Below are positions 38,421 to 48,034 of a stretch of 64,000 nucleotides of DNA, piece after piece. Where the stretch lies: contig CAYSUO010000002.1 in assembly GCA_964434325.1 (NCBI GenBank), positions 6,086-70,085 of the forward strand. The letters run 5' to 3'. The position numbers and the translations under genes were made by a program. Within the stretch, counting starts at the first letter, position 1. The number at the start of each line of letters is the position of its first letter. This stretch comes from an uncultured Ruminococcus sp. (lineage in GTDB: Bacteria; Bacillota; Clostridia; Oscillospirales; CAG-272). A model generated the notes under the pieces. The model ran no database searches, was not told the origin of the DNA, and saw only the letters and a list, made by a program, of their open reading frames with translations.

Positions 38421-39680
38421 CTATACTCCGAAGCGGGGAGAAAACAGCTCGCTCTCGATTTGGAGCAAACGATTATACTTCGCGGTACGCTCGCCGCGGG
38501 CGGGCGCTCCCATTTTGACGAAGGGGCAGGAAAGCGCAACGGCGAGATCGGCGATAAAGCTATCCTCCGTTTCGCCGCTTCGGTGCGACATCACGGTGCG
38601 ATAGCCGACGCCGCGCGCGAGGCTCACCGCCTCGAAAGTCTCCGTCAAGCTGCCTATCTGATTGGGCTTGATGAGGACCGCGTTTGCAATTCCCTGCTCC
38701 GCGCCGCGACGTATACGCTCCGCATTTGTTACGAACACGTCGTCTCCCACCAGAGTGACCTTTCTCGCCGCAAGGCGCGCGCCGATCCGCTCCCAGCCGT
38801 AGACGTCGTCATCGGCGACGGGATCCTCGATGCTCACGAGGGGATAGCGCTCGGAGAGCGCCGCGAAATACTCGACGAGCTCGTCCGACGTTTTTGAAAT
38901 TCCGCGCTTAGGCAGGTGATAGGCACCGCCCGAATACCATTCGGAGGCGGCGGCATCCAAGGCTATCGAAACGTCGCGCCCAGCCGCGTAGCCGCTGTCG
39001 CCTATCGCACGCACCAAAAGCTCTATCGCCTCCTCGTCCGACGCGAGGCTCGGGGCATAGCCGCCTTCGTCGCCCACGGCGCGCGAATACCCGTTTGCCG
39101 CCAGAATGGCGCCGAGAGTATGATATATCTCGGCACAGGCACGCACCGCCTCGGAAAAAGAGGAGGCACCGACGGGAACTATCATAAACTCCTGAATATC
39201 AAGATTATTGCCCGCGTGCGCACCGCCGTTCAGTACATTCATCATCGGGACGGGCAGAGAGTTGACGAGGGCGCCGCCGAGATAGCGATAGAGGGGAATG
39301 CGGAGCGCTTCCGCGGCGGCGCGAGCAAGCGCCAAGGAGACGGCGAGGATAGCGTTCGCACCGAGCGCCGATTTATTGTACGTTCCGTCCAAGGCGAGCA
39401 TCACCTCGTCGGCCTCCTCCTGATCGAAGGCGCTCATTCCGACGAGAGCGGGAGCTATTATTTCATTGACCGCCGCCACCGCCCCCAAAACGCCTCGTCC
39501 AAAATAGCGCTCCCCCGCCCCGTCTCGCTTTTCAAAAGCTTCGTTCTTCCCACGCGAGGCACCCGACGGGGCGCTGGCAAAGCCCTGCGCTCCGTTCGAC
39601 AGCGTGACGCGGCAGGAGACAGTCGGAGCGCCGCGAGAATCAAGCACCTCGATGGAGCAAATTTCTTTGATTTCTACCAT
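38421..39680 (-). CDS. eno: Enolase (phosphopyruvate hydratase)
   Basis: ORF track. [32 protein letters not shown] and a C-terminal KYNRLLQIE. Confidence 0.95.
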   Translation of the reverse strand: MVEIKEICSIEVLDSRGAPTVSCRVTLSNGAQGFASAPSGASRGKNEAFEKRDGAGERYFGRGVLGAVAAVNEIIAPALVGMSAFDQEEADEVMLALDGTYNKSALGANAILAVSLALARAAAEALRIPLYRYLGGALVNSLPVPMMNVLNGGAHAGNNLDIQEFMIVPVGASSFSEAVRACAEIYHTLGAILAANGYSRAVGDEGGYAPSLASDEEAIELLVRAIGDSGYAAGRDVSIALDAAASEWYSGGAYHLPKRGISKTSDELVEYFAALSERYPLVSIEDPVADDDVYGWERIGARLAARKVTLVGDDVFVTNAERIRRGAEQGIANAVLIKPNQIGSLTETFEAVSLARGVGYRTVMSHRSGETEDSFIADLAVALSCPFVKMGAPARGERTAKYNRLLQIESELFSPRFGV

Positions 39681-39894
39681 TTATCAACATTTCCTTTCAT
39701 TTTCTTTTTCCTTTTTGTCGTCCTAATCTGACAAGAGTCAAGTGATGAGTGCTTTGCGAGCGCATCGCACCGAAAAATCGACTCCGCGACGGAATAATTC
39801 TTTGTTTTTTACCGTTTTTCGCTACATATCGCACAATTATTATTTGCATTTATATAAAAAAGATACGTAAAAAACAAATACAAATATACCAAAG

Positions 39895-40125
39895 GAAAAG
39901 CTTCGGGACAAAAAGCTTTGGCAAAGAATAAAATACAATGAATGAAGAACGCGAAAAAGCTTTGCCAAACAGCAAAGCACAATGAATTAAGAGAACGAAA
40001 AGCTTCCACAAATAACAGAATACAATGAACTAAAAAGCACGAAAATCTTTGCCAAATAACAGAACACAATGAACTAAGACTGCGAAAAAGCTTCAACAAA
40101 AGCAGAATACAATGAACGAAGGCAC
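39895..40125. repeat. Tandem array of five 43-44-bp units (plus one partial) upstream of the LysM gene
   Basis: Units start near 39909, 39953, 39997, 40041 and 40084. Consensus is gaaaaagctttgccaaa.a.cagaa.acaatgaac.aa.a...c. The last unit abuts the GGAAGGAG SD of the gene at 40138. Confidence 0.9.
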
Positions 40126-40137
40126 GGAAGGAGAGCT

Positions 40138-41307
40138 ATGCTGATACATAACGTTACAAAAGGGGAGACCGCTTGGAGCATTGCGCACCTCTACGGAACG
40201 TCTCCCGAAAAACTTAGCGAATACAACGAGCTTAGGCAAAACGAGCCGTTATGCACGAGGCGACGGCTCGCGGTGCTGTTTCCAACGAGGACGTACAGGG
40301 CGCGAGGCGGCAACGAGCTTGAAGCGCTTGCGCGCCGCTTCGGAACAACGCCTGCCGCCATTATATCCGCCAATCCCCGACTCGCGAGCGGTGCGCGGAT
40401 TCCTCGCGACTACGAGCTGGCGATAAAATTCGACGCTCCGCGCTTCGGCTCAGCGATAGCGATAGGCAGCTTCTACAAGGGCTGCGGACGGGATAAGCTC
40501 CGCGAGGCGCTTCCCTACCTCGACTACGTCAGCTTCTCGGCGTACAGACGCGAAGGAGGGAGGACGGTGCGCTTCGCCGACCTTGGGCGCGAGATGGAGC
40601 TTGCACGAAGCGCGGGAAGGGTGACTCTTATAAGAATTTTGACGCACGAGAGCGCCGACGAGCTTTTGGCGGGCGGCGACGGGCTTTGCAAAGAGCTTTC
40701 GGAGCTTGCAAAGAGCGAGGGCGCGGGAGGGCTCACGCTGGCGGCTTACCGCGCCGCCGAGGCTCCCGCGAGCTTTTCCCGCTTCCTCGAAGCATTAAAA
40801 AAAGAGCTCGACGCGAACGGGCTTTTCCTTGCGGTCGAAGCGGACGGGAACGGAAGAGCCTACGAGGCGGCGGCGCGCTTCGCCGATCTTACCTTGCTTC
40901 AATACGAAAAATGCCATCGTGAAGCTCCGCCGAGCTTCGACGCGGGAGAGCGGCGCCTTTTGACGAGCTACGGCGCGCCGCGCGAGAGGACCGCCGTGGA
41001 GCTCCCCTCTCTCGCTTATGCGGGCGGCACACCCGTAAGCCTCACGGAGGTCCATCGCGCGACATGCGGCGGCGAAATGAGCTATGATGCTGCGACGCTT
41101 TTACAAAGCTTTAAGAGGAGCGAGGGCGATGTTGTTTCCTTTGAAGCTCCCGACAATATAAAAGCCAAGCTCGAGCTGATAGGCGAGCTTGGCTATGCGG
41201 GCGTGAGTTTCGACATAATGCGCACACCGAGGATACACTATTTAATGTATTACACGAGCTTTCACTGCACCGCGACGCGCACCTATGTGCGCGAAGGGGC
41301 GCTATGA
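40138..41307 (+). CDS. Two-LysM-domain protein with a GH18-like (YaaH/SleL/YdhD-type) C-terminal domain
   Basis: ORF track. LysM 1 is IHNVTKGETAWSIAHLYGTSPEKLSEYNEL and LysM 2 is YRARGGNELEALARRFGTTPAAIISANPRL. The remaining roughly 290 aa resemble the spore-cortex-lytic GH18 fold, but no DxxDxDxE motif is present. Confidence 0.65.
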   Translation: MLIHNVTKGETAWSIAHLYGTSPEKLSEYNELRQNEPLCTRRRLAVLFPTRTYRARGGNELEALARRFGTTPAAIISANPRLASGARIPRDYELAIKFDAPRFGSAIAIGSFYKGCGRDKLREALPYLDYVSFSAYRREGGRTVRFADLGREMELARSAGRVTLIRILTHESADELLAGGDGLCKELSELAKSEGAGGLTLAAYRAAEAPASFSRFLEALKKELDANGLFLAVEADGNGRAYEAAARFADLTLLQYEKCHREAPPSFDAGERRLLTSYGAPRERTAVELPSLAYAGGTPVSLTEVHRATCGGEMSYDAATLLQSFKRSEGDVVSFEAPDNIKAKLELIGELGYAGVSFDIMRTPRIHYLMYYTSFHCTATRTYVREGAL

Positions 41308-41310
41308 CGG

Positions 41311-41931
41311 CTACGGACCGATATAGCTTCTTACGCGGAGCGGAACGCCGAGGCGCCCTGCGAGGAGCTTGCACTCCTCCCTCTCGCGGTCTGTCAAAAA
41401 ATCGCCAACGACGGTGAGCACCGTTTCGGGGACGCATTTTTTAACGCGCTCGACGAAGGCAATGATCGCGTCGAACGCCGAAGCACCAAAGACGGAGTGA
41501 CAGATCGCGTCGTACCTCGCCGCGTTCGGCGCGTTCAGGCTGACCGAAACGACGTCGAAGGCGCCCTCATACATAGCGCTCGTATCACAGCCGAGAATGA
41601 GATCGGACTGACCGTTCGTATTTATCCTTATCCGCATATCGGGGTGACGCTCCTTGACGGCGCGCGCGATACGGGCGGCGGCAGCTAAGCGATAGCTCGG
41701 CTCACCGTAGCCGCAAAAGACGAGCTCGGAATATTTCCCGAAGTCATGGGAGAAGATATCCGCAAGGGCGGCCTCCTCGCTCGGCTCCTCTTTCAGCCAC
41801 AGGCTATCGGAGCCGTAAGCTCCGTCGCCGTTATTCCTTATACAAAACTCGCATTGATTTGAGCAGGCGTTCGTCAGATTTACGTAGAGCCCGTCACCGA
41901 CGACGTAGGTGATACACGTTGACTTATTCAT
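41311..41931 (-). CDS. TatD-associated radical SAM protein
   Basis: ORF track. CSNQCEFC cluster motif and VFCGYGEPSYRL. Overlaps the upstream tatD (ATGA-type coupling). Confidence 0.8.
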   Translation of the reverse strand: MNKSTCITYVVGDGLYVNLTNACSNQCEFCIRNNGDGAYGSDSLWLKEEPSEEAALADIFSHDFGKYSELVFCGYGEPSYRLAAAARIARAVKERHPDMRIRINTNGQSDLILGCDTSAMYEGAFDVVSVSLNAPNAARYDAICHSVFGASAFDAIIAFVERVKKCVPETVLTVVGDFLTDREREECKLLAGRLGVPLRVRSYIGP

Positions 41932-42713
41932 ATTCCGAAAAGCCTCCTCGCGTTTTCCTCCGTGAGCCGTGCCGCCTCCTCCTCGGAGATACCGATAGCC
42001 TCCGCGAGCGCCGCATTCGTCAAGCGGAGCTTGCCCGAATGGTTAAGCGTTCCGCGCTCAGGATGTGGGGCGAGGTAGGGGCAGTCCGTTTCGATGAGTA
42101 TATGCTCGTGCGGCACTGCGGCGAGCGCTTCCTTGGGGCGGCGAGCGTTTTTAAAGGTGAGCGTTCCCGAAAAGGATATCATAAAGCCCATCTCGACGAG
42201 CTCGCGCGCCATTTCGGCGCTACCCGAAAAGCTGTGCATAACGCCGCGCACACCGCGGTGGCGGCGCAAAACGTCCATAACGTCACCGTGGGCGTCTCTA
42301 TCGTGAATGGAGACGGGTAGCCCGAGGCGCTTCGCCAAAAGCAGCTGCTCCTCAAAATAGCGGAGCTGGAGCTCACGGTCCGTATCGGGATAATGATAAT
42401 CGAGCCCGATTTCTCCTATTGCTACGCACTTGGAGGCGGGCGAGGTGGCGAGAGCCTCGATATCGGCGATGGCGACCGAAAGGGGCTCGGAGAGCTCCTG
42501 GCAATCGCTCGGGTGAATGCCGATGGCGGTATACATATTTTCAAAGCGCGCCGCCTGAGCTATGGCGAGGCGCGAGGTAGCGGGGGACGTCCCGACGTTG
42601 ACGATACCCGAAACGCTTTCCGCAAGAAGGGTGCCGATGAGCTCATCGACACCCCCGTTAAGCTCTGAAAAGCGCGCGTCGTAATAGTGCGCGTGAGAAT
42701 CAAAGTAACGCAT
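41928..42713 (-). CDS. tatD: TatD-family metal-dependent hydrolase (YabD)
   Basis: ORF track. YFDSHAHY, IGEIGLDYHY, PVSIHDRDAH and LIETDCPYLAP. Confidence 0.9.
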   Translation of the reverse strand: MRYFDSHAHYYDARFSELNGGVDELIGTLLAESVSGIVNVGTSPATSRLAIAQAARFENMYTAIGIHPSDCQELSEPLSVAIADIEALATSPASKCVAIGEIGLDYHYPDTDRELQLRYFEEQLLLAKRLGLPVSIHDRDAHGDVMDVLRRHRGVRGVMHSFSGSAEMARELVEMGFMISFSGTLTFKNARRPKEALAAVPHEHILIETDCPYLAPHPERGTLNHSGKLRLTNAALAEAIGISEEEAARLTEENARRLFGI

Positions 42714-44650
42714 TAGTGTATTCTATCTCCGTTTTTCGCGTCCTTATCAAGGAAGATGACCTTGACCTCGTCCTCTCCCGAGGCGAGCAGCATGCCGCGG
42801 CTTTCGACGCCGCAGAGCTTGGCAGGCTTCAAATTGGCGACGACGGCGACCTTTTTGCCGATAAGCTCCTCGGGCTTATAGAATTTTGCAATGCCCGAAA
42901 CGATCTGCCGCTTCTCGTAGCCCATATCGACGATGAGGCGAAGGAGCTTTTTCGCCTTGGGGACGGGCTCACATTCAAGGATTTCGGCGACGCGAAGCTC
43001 GACGGCGGAAAAGCCGTCAATACCTATCTCCGCCTCGTGCTCAGGCTCGGGAATACTCTCGTTCGCCGCTTCGGCGGCGAGGCGACGCGCCTCCACCTCT
43101 TCGAGGTACTTCTTTTCATCGACTCGCGCGAAGAGGGTGAACGCCTCGCCGAGGGGCTTGCCCGATACGAGCGCGCCGAAGCTCTCGACGCTATTCATCT
43201 CCGTCCTATCCGTTCCCAGCTGGGAGAAGATACCATCCGCCGTTGCGGGGATATAGGGCGCCAAGAGGACTGCCGCGACACGTATTGTTTCAAGCAGGTT
43301 ATAGAGCACCGTGCCGAGGCGCGACTTATCCTCCTCGCTCTTTGCCAATATCCACGGTGTCGTTTCATCTATATACTTATTTGCGCGGCGGAGCATGGAG
43401 AATATCTCGGAGAGAGAGTCGGCGACGCGGAGCTCCGACATGAGGCGCGTTGAATTTTTAACGGCGGCGGCGACGCTTGAACGAAGGTCGTGATCAAGCG
43501 CGGTGGGCTCGCCCGCCGCGGGAACGATGCCGCCGAAGTACTTGACGGTCATTGCGTGGGTGCGGCTGACGAGGTTGCCGAGATTATTGGCGAGGTCGGT
43601 ATTATAGCGGGCGACGACGCCTTCGTGCGTTATGGAGCCGTCGGCATTATAGGGCATTTCCGCGAGGGCGTAGTAGCGCACGCCGTCAACGCCGAAGGTT
43701 TCGGCGAGTTCGTCGGCATAGACGACGTTGCCCTTCGACTTCGACATTTTATCGTTGGCGAAATTAAACCACGGGTGCCCGAATATCTTTTTGGGGAGAG
43801 GAAGCCCGAGAGCCATCAGAAAGATGGGCCAATAGATGGTGTGGAAGCGGAGGATATCCTTGCCTATTATATGAACGTCACAGGGCCAGTTCTTCTTGAA
43901 GAGCTCGCACTGCCCGCTCTGCGGGAGGTCGGGGTCATAGCCGATGGCGGTGATATAATTGGCGAGCGCGTCAAGCCAGACGTAGACGACGTGCTTTTCG
44001 TCAAAATCGACGGGGATACCCCATTTGAACGAGGAGCGCGAGACGCAAAGGTCTTGGAGCCCCGCTTTGAGGAAATTATTCACCATTTCCTTTTTGCGGC
44101 TTTCGGGCTCGATGAACTCGGGGTGCTCCTCGATATGCTTGATGAGGCGATCGACATAGTTGCTCATCTTGAAGAAGTAGGCTTCCTCGCGAGCGCGGGA
44201 AACGGGGCGGCCGCAATCAGGGCACTTACCGTCCGTTACCTGAGTTTCCGTGAAGAAAGACTCGCACGGGGTGCAATACCAGCCCTCGTAGTGTCCTTTA
44301 TATATGTCGCCCTGCTCGTAGAACTTGCGGAATATCTTGCGCACGGTCGCCTCGTGATACTCGTCGGTGGTGCGGATAAAGTGATCGTACTTAACGCCGA
44401 GCAGATCCCACATCGCGCGTATCTCTCCTGCAACACCGTCAACGTACTGCTTCGGCGACACGCCCGCCTCGGCGGCGAGGTTTTCTATCTTCTGCCCGTG
44501 CTCATCCGTCCCCGTGCAAAGAAAAACGTCCTTACCCATTCTTCTTTGAAATCTCGCGAAAGCGTCCGCAAGAATTATCTCGTAGGTATTTCCGAAATGC
44601 GGCTTACGCGAGGCGTAGGCGATGGCAGTCGTAACGTAGAATTTTTCCAT
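42713..44650 (-). CDS. metG: Methionine--tRNA ligase with C-terminal tRNA-binding (EMAP/Trbp111-like) domain
   Basis: ORF track. PHFGNTYEIILAD (HIGH region), zinc knuckle CTPCESF..CPDCG, KMSKSKGNVV and a C-terminal LRVAEILECEPVPKAKKLLRL. Confidence 0.95.
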   Translation of the reverse strand: MEKFYVTTAIAYASRKPHFGNTYEIILADAFARFQRRMGKDVFLCTGTDEHGQKIENLAAEAGVSPKQYVDGVAGEIRAMWDLLGVKYDHFIRTTDEYHEATVRKIFRKFYEQGDIYKGHYEGWYCTPCESFFTETQVTDGKCPDCGRPVSRAREEAYFFKMSNYVDRLIKHIEEHPEFIEPESRKKEMVNNFLKAGLQDLCVSRSSFKWGIPVDFDEKHVVYVWLDALANYITAIGYDPDLPQSGQCELFKKNWPCDVHIIGKDILRFHTIYWPIFLMALGLPLPKKIFGHPWFNFANDKMSKSKGNVVYADELAETFGVDGVRYYALAEMPYNADGSITHEGVVARYNTDLANNLGNLVSRTHAMTVKYFGGIVPAAGEPTALDHDLRSSVAAAVKNSTRLMSELRVADSLSEIFSMLRRANKYIDETTPWILAKSEEDKSRLGTVLYNLLETIRVAAVLLAPYIPATADGIFSQLGTDRTEMNSVESFGALVSGKPLGEAFTLFARVDEKKYLEEVEARRLAAEAANESIPEPEHEAEIGIDGFSAVELRVAEILECEPVPKAKKLLRLIVDMGYEKRQIVSGIAKFYKPEELIGKKVAVVANLKPAKLCGVESRGMLLASGEDEVKVIFLDKDAKNGDRIH

Positions 44651-44691
44651 AGCTTTTCCTTTCGTAGTGAAGCTTACGTTTATTTTATACT

Positions 44692-44720
44692 ATTGTAGCA
44701 TATTTTTTAAAAGAATACAA
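44692..44720 (-). promoter_or_regulatory. Predicted metG promoter
   Basis: Minus strand reads TTGTAT-17 nt-TACAAT with a TG extension (ATGCTACAAT). Confidence 0.5.
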
Positions 44721-44801
44721 GATTTTACGCTAAATTCTTTTAAATTCAACCAAATACCTTGCAAATGATATTATAAACTTTTCGCGCGAGGTACGCCGCG
44801 C

Positions 44802-44830
44802 TTGACTTTTGCAAAAAAAGGTGATAGAAT
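44802..44830 (+). promoter_or_regulatory. Predicted holB promoter
   Basis: TTGACT-17 nt-TAGAAT with a TG extension (ggtgaTAGAAT). Confidence 0.5.
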
Positions 44831-44863
44831 ATATATGTGATAAGATTTTTAGCGGGAGGGCGC

Positions 44864-45901
44864 ATGAGAGACTATTTCCCAAAGCTCGTCGGCAACGACG
44901 ATAACAAGAAGCGCTTATGCGCCGCCGTTCTGAAAGGGACGCTTCCGCACGCCCTGCTTTTCGCGGGCGCCGCGGGCTCAGGCAAGCGGACGCTCGCCCG
45001 CGAGCTTTCCGCCGCGATAAACTGCGAAAACAGGCATAGCGAGGCGCACTCGCTCCCCTGCCACACGTGCAACACGTGCCGCCGAATAGAGGCGGGGCTT
45101 TTCACGGATATCCACTACGTGCGGCGGGAGCCCAAAAAGATGTCGCTCGGGGTGGCGGAGATACACGCCGCCTACGAGGATATGATACTGACCTCGACGG
45201 AATCGGAGCACCGCGTCTACATCATCGAAGAAGCGGAGCGACTGACGCCCCAGGGGCAGAACGCACTTTTAAAGACCTTGGAGGAGCCGCCCGACGGCGT
45301 TATCATCATTCTTTTGGCGAACGAAACGGACAAGATACTTTCCACCGTTAAAAGCCGCGTTCAGACCTTGACGATGGAGAAATTCGACACGGGGCGCCTT
45401 TCGGCCGCCGTCACGAAGCGAAGCGAGGCGGCGCGAAGAGCCGAAGCCGCCGACGCGGAGAGCTTCCGCGGAATGCTTTTGACTGCGGACGGGCGCATAG
45501 GACGAGCCTTGCAACTCTTCGACGACGGGCGCGAGGCGGAGCTCGTTCGCGAGAGGCGGGAGCTGACGGAGCGCTTCGCGGCGGCGCTGGCGCAAAGCAC
45601 CCCGTACCGCGAGTTTTACGCCGTTCAAAAGGAGCTTCCGACGGAGCGCGGCGCGCTCACCGAGGCGCTCGAAGAGATACTTACGGCGCTACGCGACCTT
45701 TTGGTCATAAAATATGACGGGCGCGCGCCGCTTATATTCTTCCCTTCCGCCAAAAGAGCGGCGGAGCTTTCCGAGAGGATAAGCGCGAAGCGGCTCATCG
45801 CCGTTTCCAACATTATCAACGAGACGCTGGCGAGCAACGCGAGCAATGCGAACGTCGGCGCGGAGCTGGCGGCTCTCGGGGCGCGCATTCGCTTGATATA
45901 G
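44864..45901 (+). CDS. holB: DNA polymerase III subunit delta prime
   Basis: ORF track 44837..45901. LPHALLFAGAAGSGKRTLARELSAAINC, zinc module CHTCNTCRRI and LLKTLEEPP. Start at ATG 44864 after GGGAGGG. Confidence 0.9.
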   Translation: MRDYFPKLVGNDDNKKRLCAAVLKGTLPHALLFAGAAGSGKRTLARELSAAINCENRHSEAHSLPCHTCNTCRRIEAGLFTDIHYVRREPKKMSLGVAEIHAAYEDMILTSTESEHRVYIIEEAERLTPQGQNALLKTLEEPPDGVIIILLANETDKILSTVKSRVQTLTMEKFDTGRLSAAVTKRSEAARRAEAADAESFRGMLLTADGRIGRALQLFDDGREAELVRERRELTERFAAALAQSTPYREFYAVQKELPTERGALTEALEEILTALRDLLVIKYDGRAPLIFFPSAKRAAELSERISAKRLIAVSNIINETLASNASNANVGAELAALGARIRLI

Positions 45902-45954
45902 CGAGAGAGGACAGGAGACAACGCCCTCGGGGCGACTACACGAAAGGATACACT

Positions 45955-46872
45955 ATGGCTGAAAACAACAAACGCGAGCAGGAGCTTTCCCCCGCGGGGG
46001 GAGAGGAAGCGCTCGTCGAAATAGTCGGCATAAGCTTCCGCGAGGCGGGAAAGATATACTATTTTTCTCCCGCAAAATTCAAATTGAAGCTTGGCGACAA
46101 GGTAATCGTTGAGACGGCGCGCGGCGTTGAGCTCGGCACCGTCAAGATCCCCAACAAGACGATACCCGTCAAGGACACCGTTTCTCCCTTGAAGGCAATA
46201 ACGCGCGCCGCGAACGCGGATGACTTGAAGCGCGACGCGAAAAATCACGAGCGCGAGCTCGAAGCCGCGCTCATCTGCAAGAGGAAGATAAAAGAGCACC
46301 GCTTGGAGATGAGCCTCGTTGCCGTTGAATACACCTTTGACAACTCGAAGCTGATATTCTACTTCACCTGCGAATCGCGCGTGGACTTCCGCGAGCTCGT
46401 CAAGGACCTCGCCTCAACGTTCAGGACGCGCATTGAGCTTCGGCAGATAGGGATACGCGACGAGGCGAAGATGATGGGCGGGCTCGGAATATGCGGAAGG
46501 AAATTCTGCTGTGCGGGCTTTCTCAGCGACTTCGTTCAGGTCTCCATCAAGATGGCGAAGGAGCAGAACTTTTCGCTCAACTCCTCAAAGGTATCGGGCG
46601 CTTGTGGGCGGCTGATGTGCTGCCTGCGCTACGAGCACGAGACTTATGAGGACGCTTGGCGACGCACGCCCTCCGTGGGAACTCTTGTGCGGACGGCGGA
46701 CGGGAACGGCACGGTCATTGAAGCGCGCCCCTTGGCGGAGGAGGTCAAGGTGCGGCTCGAAGATCGCGAAAAGGATGCGGAAAAGCTCTACAAGTGCGCC
46801 GAGGTCAAGGTTTTACGCACGAAAAAAGGAAAAGAGACGGACGAGGCCGACGAGCAAAACGCCGACGCCTGA
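45955..46872 (+). CDS. ricT: PSP1-domain protein RicT/YaaT
   Basis: ORF track. FREAGKIYYFSP, VIVETARGVELGTV and the Cys-rich GICGRKFCCAGFL..CGRLMCCLRYE. Confidence 0.9.
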   Translation: MAENNKREQELSPAGGEEALVEIVGISFREAGKIYYFSPAKFKLKLGDKVIVETARGVELGTVKIPNKTIPVKDTVSPLKAITRAANADDLKRDAKNHERELEAALICKRKIKEHRLEMSLVAVEYTFDNSKLIFYFTCESRVDFRELVKDLASTFRTRIELRQIGIRDEAKMMGGLGICGRKFCCAGFLSDFVQVSIKMAKEQNFSLNSSKVSGACGRLMCCLRYEHETYEDAWRRTPSVGTLVRTADGNGTVIEARPLAEEVKVRLEDREKDAEKLYKCAEVKVLRTKKGKETDEADEQNADA

Positions 46873-46914
46873 TTATCTTTTTACACCGCGGCGATACTTT
46901 TTTTGAAAAACCCC

Positions 46915-46942
46915 TTGATTTTTTCTACGAATGTGTTAAAAT
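46915..46942 (+). promoter_or_regulatory. Predicted ferredoxin promoter
   Basis: TTGATT-16 nt-TAAAAT with a TG extension (tgtgtTAAAAT). Confidence 0.5.
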
Positions 46943-46978
46943 AGATACACGATACAATAAATATGGAGGTATCCGAAC

Positions 46979-47149
46979 ATGGCATACAAGATTAGCGACG
47001 AGTGCATTTCTTGCGGTGCTTGCGCAGATGCTTGCCCCACTGGCTGCATCTCCGAGGGCGACGGCAAGTATGTTATTAATGCAGACGAGTGCGTTAGCTG
47101 CGGAAGCTGCGCAGACGCTTGCCCCGTTGGAGCTCCCTCTGAGGACTAA
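46979..47149 (+). CDS. fdx: Clostridial-type 2x[4Fe-4S] ferredoxin (56 aa)
   Basis: Below the ORF-track size cut-off. My translation is MAYKISDECISCGACADACPTGCISEGDGKYVINADECVSCGSCADACPVGAPSED, with two CxxCxxCxxxCP motifs. GGAGG SD 9 nt upstream. Confidence 0.9.
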   Translation: MAYKISDECISCGACADACPTGCISEGDGKYVINADECVSCGSCADACPVGAPSED

Positions 47150-47180
47150 TCATAGCTCGGCGGCTTTGCCGACGAAGCGT

Positions 47181-47214
47181 GACCGAGCGGAATTTCCGCT
47201 CGGTCCTTTCTTTT
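47181..47214 (+). terminator. Rho-independent terminator of the ferredoxin gene
   Basis: GACCGAGCGG-aaattt-CCGCTCGGTC followed by CTTTCTTTT. Confidence 0.8.
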
Positions 47215-47240
47215 AACACTCTTTTGCGAATGGAAAACGA

Positions 47241-47993
47241 ATGGATATATATGAAAACGAGCGCTTAGACGAGGTGAACGACGCGCTGAGGCTCATACAG
47301 AAGACGGACGGGCTGACCTTTGGGACGGACGCGCTCCTCCTCGCCGCCTACGTGCGCGGGCGCTATGCAAGCGGCGTTGAGCTGGGGGGCGGCACGGGCA
47401 TAGTTTCCTTTTTGCTTTTGGCGCGTGAGAAGCTTGGTCGGTGCGAATGCATTGAGCTTCAAGAGGAATACGCGGAGCTCATCGAAAGGAACGCGCGCCT
47501 CAACGGCCTAGACGGGCGAATGGAGACGATATGCAGCGACGTTCGCCGCGTGCGCCTTCTCTCAGAGCGCGAGATGGCTTTTACCAATCCGCCCTATATG
47601 AAGGCGAGCTCGGGGCGGGAAAACCGCGAGCTCAAAAAAAATTTGGCGCGCCACGAGGTCATGGGCGATATCAACGATTTTATGGAGGCGGCGCGCCGAA
47701 GCGTTAAATACGGGGGCGACGTGTATGCGGTTTACAGGCCCGACAGGCTGACAGACCTCATCACCGCGATGAGGCGCGCCGAGATAGAGCCGAAGCGCGC
47801 GAGCTTCGTTCATGCGGACGTTTACTCGGAGCCATCGCTTGTGCTCGTTGAGGGGCGGCGCGGAGGAAGGTGCGGAATGCGGGTGACGCGCCCCTTCATC
47901 ATCTACGAGGACGCGGAGCATCGCAACTATACGAGGGATATGAATTATGTTTTGGAGAAGGGCTCCTTCCCGACGAAATACGAGAAGAGATAG
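47241..47993 (+). CDS. tRNA (adenine-N6)-methyltransferase, YabB/TrmN6-like
   Basis: ORF track. SAM motif VELGGGTGIVS and catalytic FTNPPYM. Confidence 0.8.
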   Translation: MDIYENERLDEVNDALRLIQKTDGLTFGTDALLLAAYVRGRYASGVELGGGTGIVSFLLLAREKLGRCECIELQEEYAELIERNARLNGLDGRMETICSDVRRVRLLSEREMAFTNPPYMKASSGRENRELKKNLARHEVMGDINDFMEAARRSVKYGGDVYAVYRPDRLTDLITAMRRAEIEPKRASFVHADVYSEPSLVLVEGRRGGRCGMRVTRPFIIYEDAEHRNYTRDMNYVLEKGSFPTKYEKR

Positions 47994-48034
47994 GACGAAG
48001 CCCCATAACCACGACACACGGCGGAGGAAGAAAA

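Noticed and set aside
43490-44698. 402-aa ORF on the plus strand antisense to metG
   Set aside because: It is a shadow ORF opposite a highly conserved tRNA ligase gene. The sequence has no motifs and is rich in Gly/Arg/Val/Ala. The same reasoning applies to 12432..13385, 26418..27482, 1371..2222, 47945..48784, 58458..59348, 56047..56907, 61331..62077, 62722..63453, 18293..19096 and 38916..39731.
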